Shown: positions 44,545 to 57,063 of the stretch, piece after piece
Numbering within the stretch: position 1 is the stretch's first letter
Layout of the letters: each line of letters begins with the position of its first letter
Source of the DNA: Eledone cirrhosa
Lineage: Eukaryota
NCBI GenBank assembly: GCA_964016885.1
Contig: OZ024741.1
Coordinates: 371,628,001-371,692,000 of the forward strand
Reading direction: 5' to 3'
Length of the DNA: 64,000 nucleotides
Translations under genes and position numbers: made by a program
The notes under the pieces: model-generated
Seen by the model: only the letters and a program-made list of their open reading frames with translations
Told to the model about the DNA's origin: nothing
Databases searched by the model: none

Positions 44545-45166
44545 TTGCGTATGCTTGTGTATGTACGTATCTGTTTTCATGTATGTATTTATTTGTTTCT
44601 ATTACTTCTGTATTGTATTTATTTACTTTGTTCTTAACTTTGTAGCGGAGATTAATTTTAGTCTACGACTTCTGCTATACCATTTACGTGGTTTTGTCTT
44701 TGCGTGCTATTGTTCTCCACGCTCCACATATGACTTATTATCTTCGTTTTTTCGTTTATTGCCAGAGAACGTCTCTATGCACCACCTAAGAGAACATTAG
44801 TCTACGACCTCTTTTATACCATAAACGTGGTTCTGTCTTTGTGCGTAATTGTTTTTCACCGCTCCTATTAATGACGTATTATTCGTTTTTTCCCGTTCTT
44901 TGCCAGCGAACGTTACCACGAACCAAAGTATCGTCTTCCTGTCTTCCTCCGGTTGCAACGTTTTTTTAAATATCCAGTTCTGCGTTTACAGATTGACTTT
45001 GTTAGTTTCAGAAGATCCCGTTAAGGGTGAAAGCAGCGATTCTTTGCTTAAACTTTAATCTGTTATTTTAATAAATATTTGCTCTACGGTTCTTATATAT
45101 TTGATATATATTTTCCTTATCGAGCCCTCTTTGGATTTTAGTCTTCAATTTTATTATTATTACTAT
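44545..45166 (+). mobile_element. Solo 3' UTR/pLTR fragment of the Naiad-like element
   Basis: Colinear with ~50806..51447. Confidence 0.9.
44988..45063 (+). ncRNA. Type I hammerhead-like motif with variant core (CAGAAGA)
   Basis: acagattga-ctttgtt-agttt CAGAAGA t-ccc(gttaa)ggg-t GAAA gca(gcgattctt)tgc TT aaact-ttaatctgt. Confidence 0.7.
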
Positions 45167-45607
45167 ACATATATATATACATATATATATATACATATGT
45201 ATATATATATACATATATATACATATGTATATACATATATCTATATACATATATATACATATATATAGAGAGAGGGGGGGAGAAAGGGGGAGAGAGATGA
45301 GAAAAATAAATAACATGATAGAGAGAGGGGATAGAGAGAGAGAGAGGGCGATATATATATATATATATATATATAGTATTAAGGGTACTATTTATGGTTA
45401 TGTATGCAATAAAACCTTTAATGGTAATATATTATATATACACAAACCCTAAATAGTGAAAGATAGTCATTAATTACTATCCTATTACCAGTAAGATAAG
45501 ATGTTATAGATCAGTAAATAGCTGCTCCGAAGAATCCAAACCTCGGTTTGGAGGAAACAATTGTAAGCAAATAAATGACTTAAACTGAACTTTGATTATT
45601 GTAATCT

Positions 45608-45646
<39 letters not shown>

Positions 45647-45649
<3 letters not shown>

Positions 45650-45825
45650 CCCCGACGGCAGAGCTCAAGCCGTTTCGACGGCTATTTCAGTCCAGAAATA
45701 GCCGTCGAAACGGTTTGAGCTCTGCCGTCGGGTCATACTTTTTCCTATTACCCACTCTACTACCCTAAGTATTGAGTACTCTGTGCGTTATGGTCCATCT
45801 GGTTCCTTACCACAATTCCTTTGTT
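45647..45825 (+). mobile_element. Short fold-back element family B, copy 3
   Basis: Same sequence and nearly the same inversion point as copies 1 and 2. (TA)n flanks. Confidence 0.85.
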
Positions 45826-45968
45826 ATATATATATATATATATGTTTATTTCTCTCTCATACTTCAACTGACTCCCCATCATTTGGATGCTTGAATGAAG
45901 GTTATCAATTTCAATTTATCATTCAGAGGGGAGAGGAGGAAATGAAGGGGCATATGTATGTATGTATG

Positions 45969-46000
<32 letters not shown>

Positions 46001-46024
46001 TGTATGTATGTATATGTATGTATG

Positions 46025-48310
46025 TTTTCTCTTTCTCTTAATTTTGAGTATATTTTTTGACCGGCCACCTTCCTGGTGGCAATGTTGTAAAAGAAAAGAA
46101 ATTGTCATCCCTTGAATCGCAAGAATGTTTTGCAAATTTTGAAGGTGCCAGCTATCGCAGCCATTTGTAGACTATGAATTAGGGAGCTGCGCTTTTTGTC
46201 CGCAAATCCAAGTTCAGTCATACTTTGGTCCAAGCGGGTTGGTATATAACCCGTAGCACCAATAATGATGGGTATGAAGCTAAAGGTGTATCTTGGATAC
46301 TGGATTTGTAAACTCCTCATCAATGGTCCGTAGATGTCCTCCTTCTCCTGTATTTTTCTGACAACGTTTACATCAAGTGGGCAGCTGATCTCCACAACAG
46401 AACACGTTTTCAATGTGTGGTCCCAAACTACAATATCAGGCCGGTTGTGCTTTAATTTGGTGGCAGTTTTTATTTTCAGGTTCCACCAGTATTCCTTAGT
46501 GCCATCTGTCTCAATATATTCTTCCTCGTTTGTTGTTGATTTTGTTTTCCGAAGTGCGTTCCAGATGGTTCTAGCTATCCCATCGTGTCTCATGGGGAGG
46601 TAGTAGCGAGATGACATTCTTTCGCAGCTGGCAACAATGTGGCTTACATCCTCGATCTTTGTTTTACATAGCCTACATTTATTGTCAGCTGCTGGCCCTC
46701 CTCTTTTGTGCAGCAGATATTTGGTAGGGAGTTCTTGTTCCTGTATTGCATAGAGATATCCCTCAAGGTGTGATGTCATAAACTTGTCGGAACTCCATGC
46801 CAGGCTTTTTGAGTGGTTTATCCCCTCTATGGTCTGTGTTTTACGCCTCAAGTATCCATGCACAACTTTTTCTGTAAATTGGTCAATTTTTTTTTCTTGT
46901 TTGAACATTGAATAGGATCTTCCGATTTCTCTGGGTGAGAGATTTATATCGGGCTTTATTCCATATCTCTCCTCCAGATCAGTCGCTATTCTAATGATAT
47001 TTCTTTTTTCATGGTCATAAACCTGGGCAAGATGGTTGCCAACCTTTTTCCTCTGTTGAAGGTGTTGCTTCAGTGTCACTATCCGGGTCTCATATGTTGT
47101 TAATATTGATTTTAGACCCCGGCCACCTTCCTTGCGTGAGAAGTATAGCCTATCAACATCACCATTGATGTTAAAGTTCCCAGTAACACTGAGAAGTTTT
47201 CGAGTTCTAACATCCATCTCACTTAGTTCTTGCAATGACCAGTTCAGTAGGCCAAATGTTGGCGTTAGAATTGGCACAGCATAAGTATTGTGGGTAATGT
47301 ATTTGTTGTATGCTGACAGTTCTGATGACCATATTTTCTTTACTCTTCTGAGGTATTTAGTTCTGGTTCTCTCCTTATTTATGGGTCCATCATATCTGAC
47401 ATTCTCATCCTGTCCAAGATATCTGTAGTTGTCACATGACTGCAGAGGTTGTATTGTCAGGCCGTTCATCTCTAGATTTCTAGAGGAGGGCACAGCTCTT
47501 CCACGTTTTACTGCCAAATATGCACACTTGGACTCACCAAATTTCATTTTGATGTCGGTTGAAAATTGTGTAATGAGGTCCAATTGTTTCTTGATGTCAT
47601 TGATATTTGGCCCATACAACTTCAGGTCATCAACAAAGAAAAGATGGGAGATATTTCTGGTCCCACTTCTTTGTCGACCTTGTTTCCTGAGTAGGTAAGA
47701 TAGTGGATTCAGTGAGAGAACGAAGAGTAGCACTGACAAGCTATCACCCTGAAAGATGCCCTTCTGGTAATGTATCTTATCAGTCTTAACCTGCTCCTTC
47801 TCACCTCTAAGGATCAAACTGGTGTACCAGTTCTTGGTCAGGCGTTCAACAGCAGCTACCAATGGTTGTGGGACTTTAGCTAACTGTAAAGCCTTAACAA
47901 TCCACCCATGAGGTACACTATCAAATGCTTTTTGATAGTCCAGCCACTCGACAGTCATGTTTCTGCGATTCTTTGTTGTTTTTTCCTGAATTATTTTGTT
48001 AGTTAGTAGGTGATCTATGCAACCCCACACCTCCCTCTTTCCACCAGCTTGCTCAGGTGTTATGATGTTGTTGGTAGCACAGTGATCCTGTAAGAACAGG
48101 TTAAGGCACCCAGTATATAATTTATACATGATGTTTTGGCAGGCAATTGGGCGGTAATTTTTAGCAAGGGTGGTTTGGCTATTTTGGGGAATGAGGAGAG
48201 TAGAGGCAGTTGATAACCATCTGGGCAGTTCTTGTGTGCCCTTAATGGTTTCTGTAAACAGCCGTATGAGATCTTGCCGATAGAAAGTGAAATTCTTCAA
48301 CCAGTATCCT
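46025..48310 (-). mobile_element. 5'-truncated R4/Dong-clade RLE LINE inserted in (CATA)n
   Basis: Open RT-RLE frame, short 3' UTR, (TATG)n directly at both junctions. Confidence 0.92.
46105..48300 (-). CDS. RT + CCHC knuckle + restriction-like endonuclease (5'-truncated)
   Basis: NYRPIAC, EQAG, WLDYQKAFDSVPH, GIFQGDSLS, HLFFVDDLKLY, GGRGL, CRLC..HIVASC, RHD, NRPDIV, VEISCP. Confidence 0.93.
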   Translation of the reverse strand: MKNFTFYRQDLIRLFTETIKGTQELPRWLSTASTLLIPQNSQTTLAKNYRPIACQNIMYKLYTGCLNLFLQDHCATNNIITPEQAGGKREVWGCIDHLLTNKIIQEKTTKNRRNMTVEWLDYQKAFDSVPHGWIVKALQLAKVPQPLVAAVERLTKNWYTSLILRGEKEQVKTDKIHYQKGIFQGDSLSVLLFVLSLNPLSYLLRKQGRQRSGTRNISHLFFVDDLKLYGPNINDIKKQLDLITQFSTDIKMKFGESKCAYLAVKRGRAVPSSRNLEMNGLTIQPLQSCDNYRYLGQDENVRYDGPINKERTRTKYLRRVKKIWSSELSAYNKYITHNTYAVPILTPTFGLLNWSLQELSEMDVRTRKLLSVTGNFNINGDVDRLYFSRKEGGRGLKSILTTYETRIVTLKQHLQQRKKVGNHLAQVYDHEKRNIIRIATDLEERYGIKPDINLSPREIGRSYSMFKQEKKIDQFTEKVVHGYLRRKTQTIEGINHSKSLAWSSDKFMTSHLEGYLYAIQEQELPTKYLLHKRGGPAADNKCRLCKTKIEDVSHIVASCERMSSRYYLPMRHDGIARTIWNALRKTKSTTNEEEYIETDGTKEYWWNLKIKTATKLKHNRPDIVVWDHTLKTCSVVEISCPLDVNVVRKIQEKEDIYGPLMRSLQIQYPRYTFSFIPIIIGATGYIPTRLDQSMTELGFADKKRSSLIHSLQMAAIAGTFKICKTFLRFKG

Positions 48311-48691
48311 TGTATGTATGTATGTATGTATGTATGTATGTATGTATGTATGTATGTATGTATGTATGTATGTATGTATATGTATGTATGTATATATATG
48401 TATGTATGTATATGTATGTATGTATATGTATGTATGTATGTATGTATGTATATGTATGTATGTATATGTATGTATGTATATATATGTATGTATGTATATG
48501 CATGTATGTATATGTATGTATATGTTATGTTATATATGTATGTATGTGCCTGTATGTGTATGTGTCAGTGTCTGTATGTTGTGTGTATATATATATATAT
48601 GTATGTATGTATGTATGTTTGTTTGTGTGAATGCTATATATGTATGCTATGTATTTATGTATATATGTACGATGTAAGTATGTACGTATGC

Positions 48692-48729
<38 letters not shown>

Positions 48730-48735
<6 letters not shown>

Positions 48736-51441
48736 TAAAATAACAGATTAAAGTTTAAGCAAAGAATTGCTGCTTTCACCCTTAACGGGATCTTCTGAAA
48801 CTAACAAAGTTATTAACCCTACGAAGTCCGATTTAGGTAGACTTAGTAAAACGATTCTTGATAGAATTATACCTGAAATTAGAAGTTTGGCCCCTCTCGC
48901 ACTGTGGAACAATTCTTTCGCGGTGATTGATTGGTTCAACGGCATATGTAACAAGGAACATTGCCGTTTTATCCAATTCGACATCAACAATTACTACTCC
49001 TCCATCACTTTACCACTTCTCCTTAGAGCTATCAATTTCGCTAAAACACTCACAGTGGTTAGGGATTTTGAAGTTGATGTCATCCTTAATGCCCGAAAGT
49101 CGGTGATTAATTTCGACGACTCTATTTGGATTAAAAAATCCAATAGTACCCCATTCGACGTGAGTATGGGCGCCAGTGACTCTGCGGAGGTTACTGATCT
49201 TATTGGCCTTTTCCTTCTTTTCTCTATCAAGGACGAATTTCCCAACGCGGGCGGTGGTTTGTACCGTGACGATGGTCTTTTGACCATGACTAAGTGCGGA
49301 CCTCGTGCTTGCGACAGGTTCAGAAAAGAACTCACAGCCTTCTTTAAAGGCTTCAACCTCTCTATACAGGTTGAGGCCAATCTCTCGGTCGTTAATAACC
49401 TCGACGTTACCCTCAATTTATTGAATGGGTTGTATTACCCGTATAGAAAGCCGAATGATACGCTTAATTACATAAGTAAGCATTCCAACCATCCTGCCAG
49501 CATAACCAAGAACCTGGTAAGAAACGTTTCATTGAGGCTTTCCCGTCTTTCCACCAACGAGCGCATTTTCAACGACCATTCCACTTATTACAATGAAGCT
49601 CTTGCTCGAAGTGGATTTGTCGATAAGGTAGCATATACAGAGTACGAAAATAGACCTAGAAGAAATAGATCCCGTCGCATTTGTTGGTTTAACCCACCAT
49701 ATAATATGGAGGTGGCCACACCATTAGCTAAGATCTTTCTTTCCCTTATTACGAAGCATTTTCCCCCTACACATAAATATAGTAAAACTTTTAATAGAAA
49801 TACTATTAAAATTTCTTACTCTACGACTCCTAACCTTGCACATAACATCACAGCTTCAAATTTAGCTAAACTACCTAGCCGTAGGAACACGTGCAACCCT
49901 GTAGTTAGTACTAACTGTAATTGTAGGAATCGGGCTGATTGCCCCCTATCCGGGAAATGCCTCTCTAATAACATTGTCTACAAATGTAAGGTTGTAACAC
50001 CCACGTCCCGTAGGGCCTACATAGGGTTAACCGCCAATAGTTTCAAGCAGCGTCTTTACATGCATACCCATTCTTTTCGTTACCCTCTAAGAAGGAATAT
50101 GACGTCACTTTCAGCTTATATCTGGAGGCTAAAAGACAACCACACCCAATATAAGTTACACTGGGAGATCCTAGCTAGGGCTAGATCGTATAACGGAAAT
50201 AAAAGATCATGTGACCTCTGCGCCGCTGAGGCCCTGGAAATACTCTACGCTACAGACCACATCTTAAACAAAAAACCTGAGGCAATTTCGGCTTGTAAAC
50301 ATAAATTGCACAAAACTTTCCTGTATTACAGCCCCACGTTATACCCTAACGGATAACACGATCTATACGTGGATATTTTACGTCTTGATGTGGGAGCTAA
50401 GTATATGTTTTGTTTATTCCTTTACTTATTTGCATAGGTAAGTATATATTACCCGTATGTTTTGTGAAGGTATGTATACCTTCTCGTACGTATATTTGAC
50501 TGTTATAGCGTATAATTTTTACATATTCTGGTATTTAGGGTTTGGCTATGTGTATTCGGGAGTTTTGCGTCCGCGTGAGTGTGCAGGTTCGTACGTATGG
50601 TGGGTGTGTGTATATGTGTACTTCTTGTTTTAGTTGACTTACGTCTCCGAACATTCGTGTATTTATATGTAGGTATGCGTGTGCGCTTGTTATATACGTA
50701 TTTATTTACTTATATACGTTTATATAATTATTTATTTATTTGTACACAAGTATACACACACACACATATTTATATGTGCGTGGTTTTGTATACCCATGGT
50801 AAGGTTTTGCGTATGCTTGTGTATGTACGTATCTGTTTGCGTGTATGTATTTATTTGTTTCTATTATCTCTGTATTGTATTTATTTACTTTGTTCTTAAC
50901 TCTGTAGCGGAGATTCATTTGGTCTCCTAGTTAGAATTTTAGTCTACGATTTCTGCTATACCATTTACGTGGTTTTGTCTTTGCGTGCTATTGTTCTCCA
51001 CGCACCACATATGACTTATTATCTTCGTTTTTTCGTTCATTGCCAGAGAACGTCTCTATGCACCACCTAAGAGAACATTAGTCTACGACCTCTTTTATAC
51101 CATAAAGGTGGTTTTGTCTTTGCGCGTAATTGTTTTTCACCGCTCCTATTAATGACGTATTATTCGTTTTTTCCCGTTCTTTGCCAGCGAACGTTACCAC
51201 GAACCAAAGTATCGTCTTCCTGTCTTCCTCCGGTTGCAACGTTTTTTGAAATTTCCACTTCTGCGTTTACAGATTGACTTTGTTAGTTTCAGAAGATAAC
51301 GTTAAGGGTGAAAGTAACGATTCTTTGCTTAAACTTTAATCTGTTATTTTAATAAATATTTGCTTTACGGTTCTTATATATTTGATATATATTTTTCTTA
51401 TCGAGCCCTCTTTGGATTTTAGTCTTCAATTTTATTATTAT

Positions 51442-51447
<6 letters not shown>
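48730..51447 (+). mobile_element. 5'-truncated Penelope-like element (Naiad-type) with inverted 5' pLTR fragment
   Basis: 48730..48810 is an inverted copy of the pLTR end. Then ORF, long 3' UTR with a ~140-bp tandem duplication (50939..51200), hammerhead-like motif at 51269..51344, and (TA)n at both ends. Confidence 0.92.
48767..50356 (+). CDS. PLE reverse transcriptase + GIY-YIG endonuclease (truncated; first ~15 aa come from the inverted pLTR)
   Basis: FIQFDINNYYSSI, FDVSMGASDSAEV, LYRDDGL, LDVTLNL, YRKPN, WFNPPY, CNCRNRADCPLSGKCL, IVYKC..YIGLT, CDLC, CKH. Confidence 0.92.
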   Translation: MLLSPLTGSSETNKVINPTKSDLGRLSKTILDRIIPEIRSLAPLALWNNSFAVIDWFNGICNKEHCRFIQFDINNYYSSITLPLLLRAINFAKTLTVVRDFEVDVILNARKSVINFDDSIWIKKSNSTPFDVSMGASDSAEVTDLIGLFLLFSIKDEFPNAGGGLYRDDGLLTMTKCGPRACDRFRKELTAFFKGFNLSIQVEANLSVVNNLDVTLNLLNGLYYPYRKPNDTLNYISKHSNHPASITKNLVRNVSLRLSRLSTNERIFNDHSTYYNEALARSGFVDKVAYTEYENRPRRNRSRRICWFNPPYNMEVATPLAKIFLSLITKHFPPTHKYSKTFNRNTIKISYSTTPNLAHNITASNLAKLPSRRNTCNPVVSTNCNCRNRADCPLSGKCLSNNIVYKCKVVTPTSRRAYIGLTANSFKQRLYMHTHSFRYPLRRNMTSLSAYIWRLKDNHTQYKLHWEILARARSYNGNKRSCDLCAAEALEILYATDHILNKKPEAISACKHKLHKTFLYYSPTLYPNG

Positions 51448-51526
<79 letters not shown>

Positions 51527-51837
51527 AAACTGGAACGGGAACAAAAACAGAGGCAGTGCAAACAAAGGTTTATTAGTTTCACGCTCTTGAGAGTGGGGGG
51601 ATGCATGTATGTATGGATGTATGTAGATATGTATGTATGTATGGATGTATATAGATATGTATGTGTGTATGTATGTATGTATTCCCTATCTTTGATTTGC
51701 ACGCCACCTGAAACATGCACGGGTGATAACAGGACCACATCTGTAGTGCATCCCAAATTTGCCTCTCTTAGAAGGCTCATGTACTGCACCACAACACCTT
51801 GCTTGTGGAAGGACTGTAGCACCACATTGATTGCGAC

Positions 51838-52074
51838 ACTATAAAAGCTTCACGGCACAGGCATTGCTTTATATCTGGAGATCTCTCTGCACTTGTCGTC
51901 ACATGGTACCATGGGCCCAGCACTATGTGTCAATAATTGTCACAAGTCTAGTGTTTGTACCAGAGTTTTGAAGTCGCTGGCTGGACTAAAAAGTCACACC
52001 CGTTCAGCGCATCGGTAGGGGTTCTCCTACATGGATATGGCTGTACTCGAAAGCGAGTTGGCAGCCACCGCCAT
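51838..52074 (+). mobile_element. RTE-derived R-A 3' part
   Basis: Matches the 3' half of R-A including [22 protein letters not shown]. Confidence 0.8.
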
Positions 52075-52079
52075 GTATT

Positions 52080-52270
52080 CCTTAGCTGATCTTCACGGAC
52101 TCCAGACACAAAGACTTTGAGAGCAGCTGACATCTTAAATTTTGAGGCAACGGTACATACGCATCATTTACGTAGGACCAAATACATTGCACGAATGAAT
52201 GATGAGAGCTTACCGAAGCAGATACCGCACAGTGAGCACCTATACTGAAAGTGCCTCCAGAACAAACAAG
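52080..52270 (+). pseudogene. RTE LINE post-RT remnant
   Basis: HLRRTKYIARMNDESLPKQI resembles RTE LRWxGHVxRMxDxRLPKQ. Confidence 0.55.
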
Positions 52271-53055
52271 AAATGACTCTGTAAAGCAGACATGTCAAAC
52301 ATGCGGCCCTTTACAAGCACCTCTGCGACCGGCAAAAAGATTTTAAGGATGAAAGGCAAAGTTGACTTCAGTGGGATTTAAACTCAGAGAGCAGGGAGCT
52401 GGAACGAATACCATAAGGCAGGCATCTCAAACATGGTGTACTTCTAAAGGGTCACATGCGGCCCTTTAGAAGTACACCTGCGGCCGGCACAAAGATTTTT
52501 ACAGCGCGAGCATATTTTATCTTCGTAATATGAAATACAAAAAAAATAGTTGCAATGTGCGCAATTAGTTATCATGTGTGGCCCTGGGACAACACATTTG
52601 TCACTCATGTGGCCCTCGGGGGACCTTCCGTGTGAAATGACTGATGTAAAGTCCTTCCTTTTTTAAAGCAATTGAAATACATGAAAACAGCTAGGGAAGA
52701 ATCGGTCATAATCTTTGAACAAATTACAGGTTTTATTGTAAAAAATGCAAGTGTCTTTTGTGGTTTTATAAACGGAAAAGAGAGGGAAAGACAAGGGCTC
52801 TAGGGTCACAGAAGAATAGTATGAAAGGCGGAGTGTTGGCTCTAAGCCTAGGGTGCGGCGGTATTGGGGCTGCGCCCCTCGAACTAGATCGAACATATAT
52901 CTTATCAATAGTCTCGCATGGTCTAGCCTGGGGGTACAGCCAGGACCCTCCCAGGATGAAAACGATACAGCCACTCTTCCCAGGACCCTCACAGGATGAA
53001 GAAGAAGAAGAAGAAGAAGAAGAAGAAGAAGAAGAAGAAGAAGAAGAAGAAGAAG

Positions 53056-53086
<31 letters not shown>

Positions 53087-53460
53087 TGGGATGGGGAAGA
53101 GAGAATAAGAGAAAGTCAGCTGCCACACGACAAGCAAGCTAATAGAGAGGAGTGGAAGCATGGGTGGATGGGGAGAGGAAGCGTGTGTAAGAGATAAGGG
53201 GTAGAATGATGAAAGGGGGGGGGGTGCAATAGAGAGAAGGAATTAGAGATGTTATGTGATAAAATAACAGAAGATAATAGAGAATAAGGGAATGATTGAT
53301 GAAATAAAGTCTGTTGTAAGTCAAAGACTCATCAGGCCGGCACTTATTCTCGATTTCATTGCCGTTAAGCGATATATACATACATACATACATATATACA
53401 TACATATATATGTACATACACACATACATACATACATACATACATACATACATACATACA

Positions 53461-53491
<31 letters not shown>

Positions 53492-53562
53492 TTACATACA
53501 TACATATATATATATACATACATACTTACATACACATACATATATACTTACATAAATAATAC

Positions 53563-56500
53563 ATCAGTCAGTCAACGCGATCAGTCGCATATTTTGGCGT
53601 GGGAGACTATTCATTAAATTTAAGATGAATACTATCTCCGACAGTAATGCCACAACTACCAGTCATGTTGAATAACTGGTTATTCTTCTAACTATATCCA
53701 CTGAAGACACCTTTTATTTGAATTCGTAGAGATATCCGACTAAATACATAATTCATTTTACAAGGATTTGCTACAAACAGCATGGCTGAACACAACATCA
53801 ACAACAACAACAACATCAGTGGAATACCGAAGAAAAACGAGAAAGGTAAACAAAATGTATTCAGTTGTAACTACAGAAGAAACCGAAATTATAAATCGCA
53901 TTTCTCTTGGAGTTGTGAACTTAATGATGATTTATTTAATTGTTATAAAATGGCAAAAAACAAACCCTCCATTCGGTATATGAACAAAATGAAGCTACAC
54001 TGGGACGAAATACACCCAGAGCTAAATCACTTCACAGCGAAACAAATACGCCAACAAGCGACGTTTGTTAAATGTAAACATAAAATAAATATTATTAATT
54101 GTAAGTCCCCCACAACAAACATGGAATCAACAACACGTGCTACAGATCGCCATGCTACTAGACTTCCTAACAGCCAGGTCGAACAGTACCTTGAAACAAC
54201 TATGCCTGTAAGAAATTTGACACCACGTGTACCATCTAAGTCTACCTCGAATACTGGGGTAAACACTATCGATAATAATAATAATCGAAGAAATAATAAT
54301 AATAATAATCGAAGAAATTTGACACCCCTTGTACCATCCGAGTCTGCCTCGACTATTGTGGAAAATACTATCGATAATGATAATAATCAAAAGTATAAAC
54401 AATTGAAAATTTGCCTCAACGAAATCTTCCAGAGAGAAATTAATTCATGTATAAACATTTCTCTTGCTGAACGTATTAAAACAACAATATTTAATAAAAA
54501 AACAAAAATAAATAATGTTATTGACGAAATAGGGGATGAATATTTACGACGAATAAAAACCCTAAGATTTTGGCAAATCAATGCCTGTTTATATGTCTTA
54601 GCAATGACAGTGAAGCATTATCTTGGTGATAGCAGAGATATTAACAAGGACAAAACACCACCAAAAATACCATCATATATAACTAAAATAGAAAAAAAGA
54701 TTGCTGACCTACGAAAACCCATAGGATATGTGACAATGCTCCTTACATGCAAACAAACACAAAAAAACCTCACTCCTCACCAACCAAGAGTGAAAAATAA
54801 AATAGAGACGATGTTTGGTAACAGTAGAACCAGAACTTTTCAATATAAGCTGATCACCCTCAAACAAGAATTGAGAGCTGTTAGCGAAAAACGCTGATAC
54901 CTGAAGAAGGTAGATGAAATAATAAGTGTCTCTGAGGCCCCATCCCAGAAAGACATAGATTCCTTTCGGAGAAAAATATGGGCTGAAAAGAAGAATTTCA
55001 ACCAGGATGCAGTGTGGCTAAAAGAAATCCGAAAGAACTATTGCTCTTACACTACAACAAAATTATACGAAATAACTGAAGGTACTCTTGAGACTATGAT
55101 AGGAAAACTCCAAGATAAGAAAACACCAGGTAGAGACATGGTTGTCGGCTACTGGTACAAAACACTTATATTCTATCGGAGGTATCTTACTGACCTCTAC
55201 CAACAAGTTCTTAAGGGAGATACACTTATACCAGAATGGTTGACATTAGCACAAACATTACTGGTCCCCAAGAACAAAGACACCTACTTGGCAAAAAAAA
55301 ACTACCGACCCATTGCATGCCAGAACCTGATATATAAGATGTATACAGCCTGCCTGAACCTATTCATCCAAGATCACTGTGAAAATAATAACATCATCAC
55401 AGATGAACAAGCAGCTGGTAAGAAAGGGGTTTGGGGATGTGCTGAACAACTCCTAATCAACAAAACTGCGATGTCGGAGGTGCGACAACTCAGGAGGAAT
55501 ATGACTACAGTCTGGCTGGACTACAGGAAAGCTTTTGATTCTGTTCCCCACTCTTGGATGATAGAGGCCCTCCAACTTGCTAAAGTCCCAGACATTATTT
55601 CAGAGCCATAGAGAGGCTCTCTTCTTCTTGGGCTACTATCCTAAGGTTAAAGACAGAGAGGGGGGACTCTATTTTCACTGATAAAATAAAATATTGCAGG
55701 GGTATATTTCAGGGAGACAGTCTCTTTGTGATATTATTCATCTTGTCATTAAACCCCTTGTCCTTTCTGCTCAAGAAATGTGAGGGATACATCATTGGCT
55801 CACAGGAGGACAGAAATATGAACCTGACCCATAATTTCTTTGTGGACAATCTGAAACTCTATGCCAAGAACATGGATGGGACGAAGAAAAATCTTGACCT
55901 GGTTACAACGTTCTCAAAGGATATAGGAATGGAGTTTGGCCAAGATAAATGCTCATACATAACTGTAAAGCGGGGAAAAACAACAACCCAATCTAGCAAC
56001 ATTGTCATCAATGGCCTAACTGTTTCACGGATATCTGATGAGGACTGCTACAGATAGCTGGGGATAGATGAGAAGATATCCTATAATGGTATCTGTAATA
56101 AAGAACGCGTAACCAAGGAATACTACACCCGATTAAGAAAGATCTGGTCATCGGAACTCTCTGCGCAAAACAAAACAGTGGCTCACAATGTGTTTGCTGT
56201 GCCTGTCCTAACACCAACGTTAGACTCTGCAGAACTAACATCGAGGATATCACCCATGTCATCAGCAGCTGTCCAAAGATGTCATCGCGGTACTATCTAC
56301 CTATGAGGCATGATGTAGTGGCCAAAACACTGTACAATGCAATCCGTAGAAAAGATAGCCCCGATAATAAACACATTAAAAGCTAAGCAATGTGGAAGAC
56401 ATACATATACATAATATGAAAGAGTACTGGTGGAATGTTCCAGTAAAAACCCCAATAAAATGCAGGCATAACAGACCAGATATTATGATATGGGACAGGG

Positions 56501-57047
56501 AAAAGAAGGCATGCACAGTAGTGGAAGTTAGCTGCCCAGCAGAGGCCAATATAATATCAAAGATTAACGAAAAGGAGAATATTTATATAGAACTGATGAG
56601 AAATCTGCAGATACTCCACCCTGATTATACCTTCAGATTTATATCTGTGATTATTGGGGCACTGGGATATGTTAGTAATTACCTCAATACAAATCTTGAG
56701 AAGCTGGGCTTCGCAGGAACAGAAATAATACAACTAGTTAGGAAATTACAAGTACAATCCATTAATGGAACAGTAAAAATATGTAAAACATTCCAAAGAT
56801 TTTGCATCTAATAAATGCATATACACATGTACAGATACAAAGCATATACACATGCACACATACAACTCAATACATACACATCCACACATACAATAACATC
56901 CATATCTACACATGCATGCATGCAGACATGCATACATATCTATCTTGTTGATGTGTAAATCCCAATGAGTGAGTCTTGTATCTATGTTAGAAACCGACTC
57001 TCTCTCTCTATTGACAAAAATTTGTGAAATTATAAAACTAGAAGAAC
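53563..57047 (+). mobile_element. Degraded, internally deleted R4/Dong-type LINE (subfamily b), both ends in (CATA)n
   Basis: N-terminal WSCELNDDLFNCY..W..HP (53782..54897), RT pieces (55012..55611, 55728..56057), deletion near 56225 joining the post-RT region to the knuckle, RLE 56392..56811. Confidence 0.88.
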
Positions 57048-57063
57048 ATACATACATACATAC

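Noticed and set aside
48767-51447. Selenoprotein/SECIS, as reported for some Naiad elements
   Set aside because: No in-frame TGA in the visible ORF (it ends TAA), and I could not identify a SECIS fold in the 3' UTR.
52758-53161. Poly-Glu / poly-Ser ORFs
   Set aside because: (GAA)n microsatellite inside an unclassified insert.
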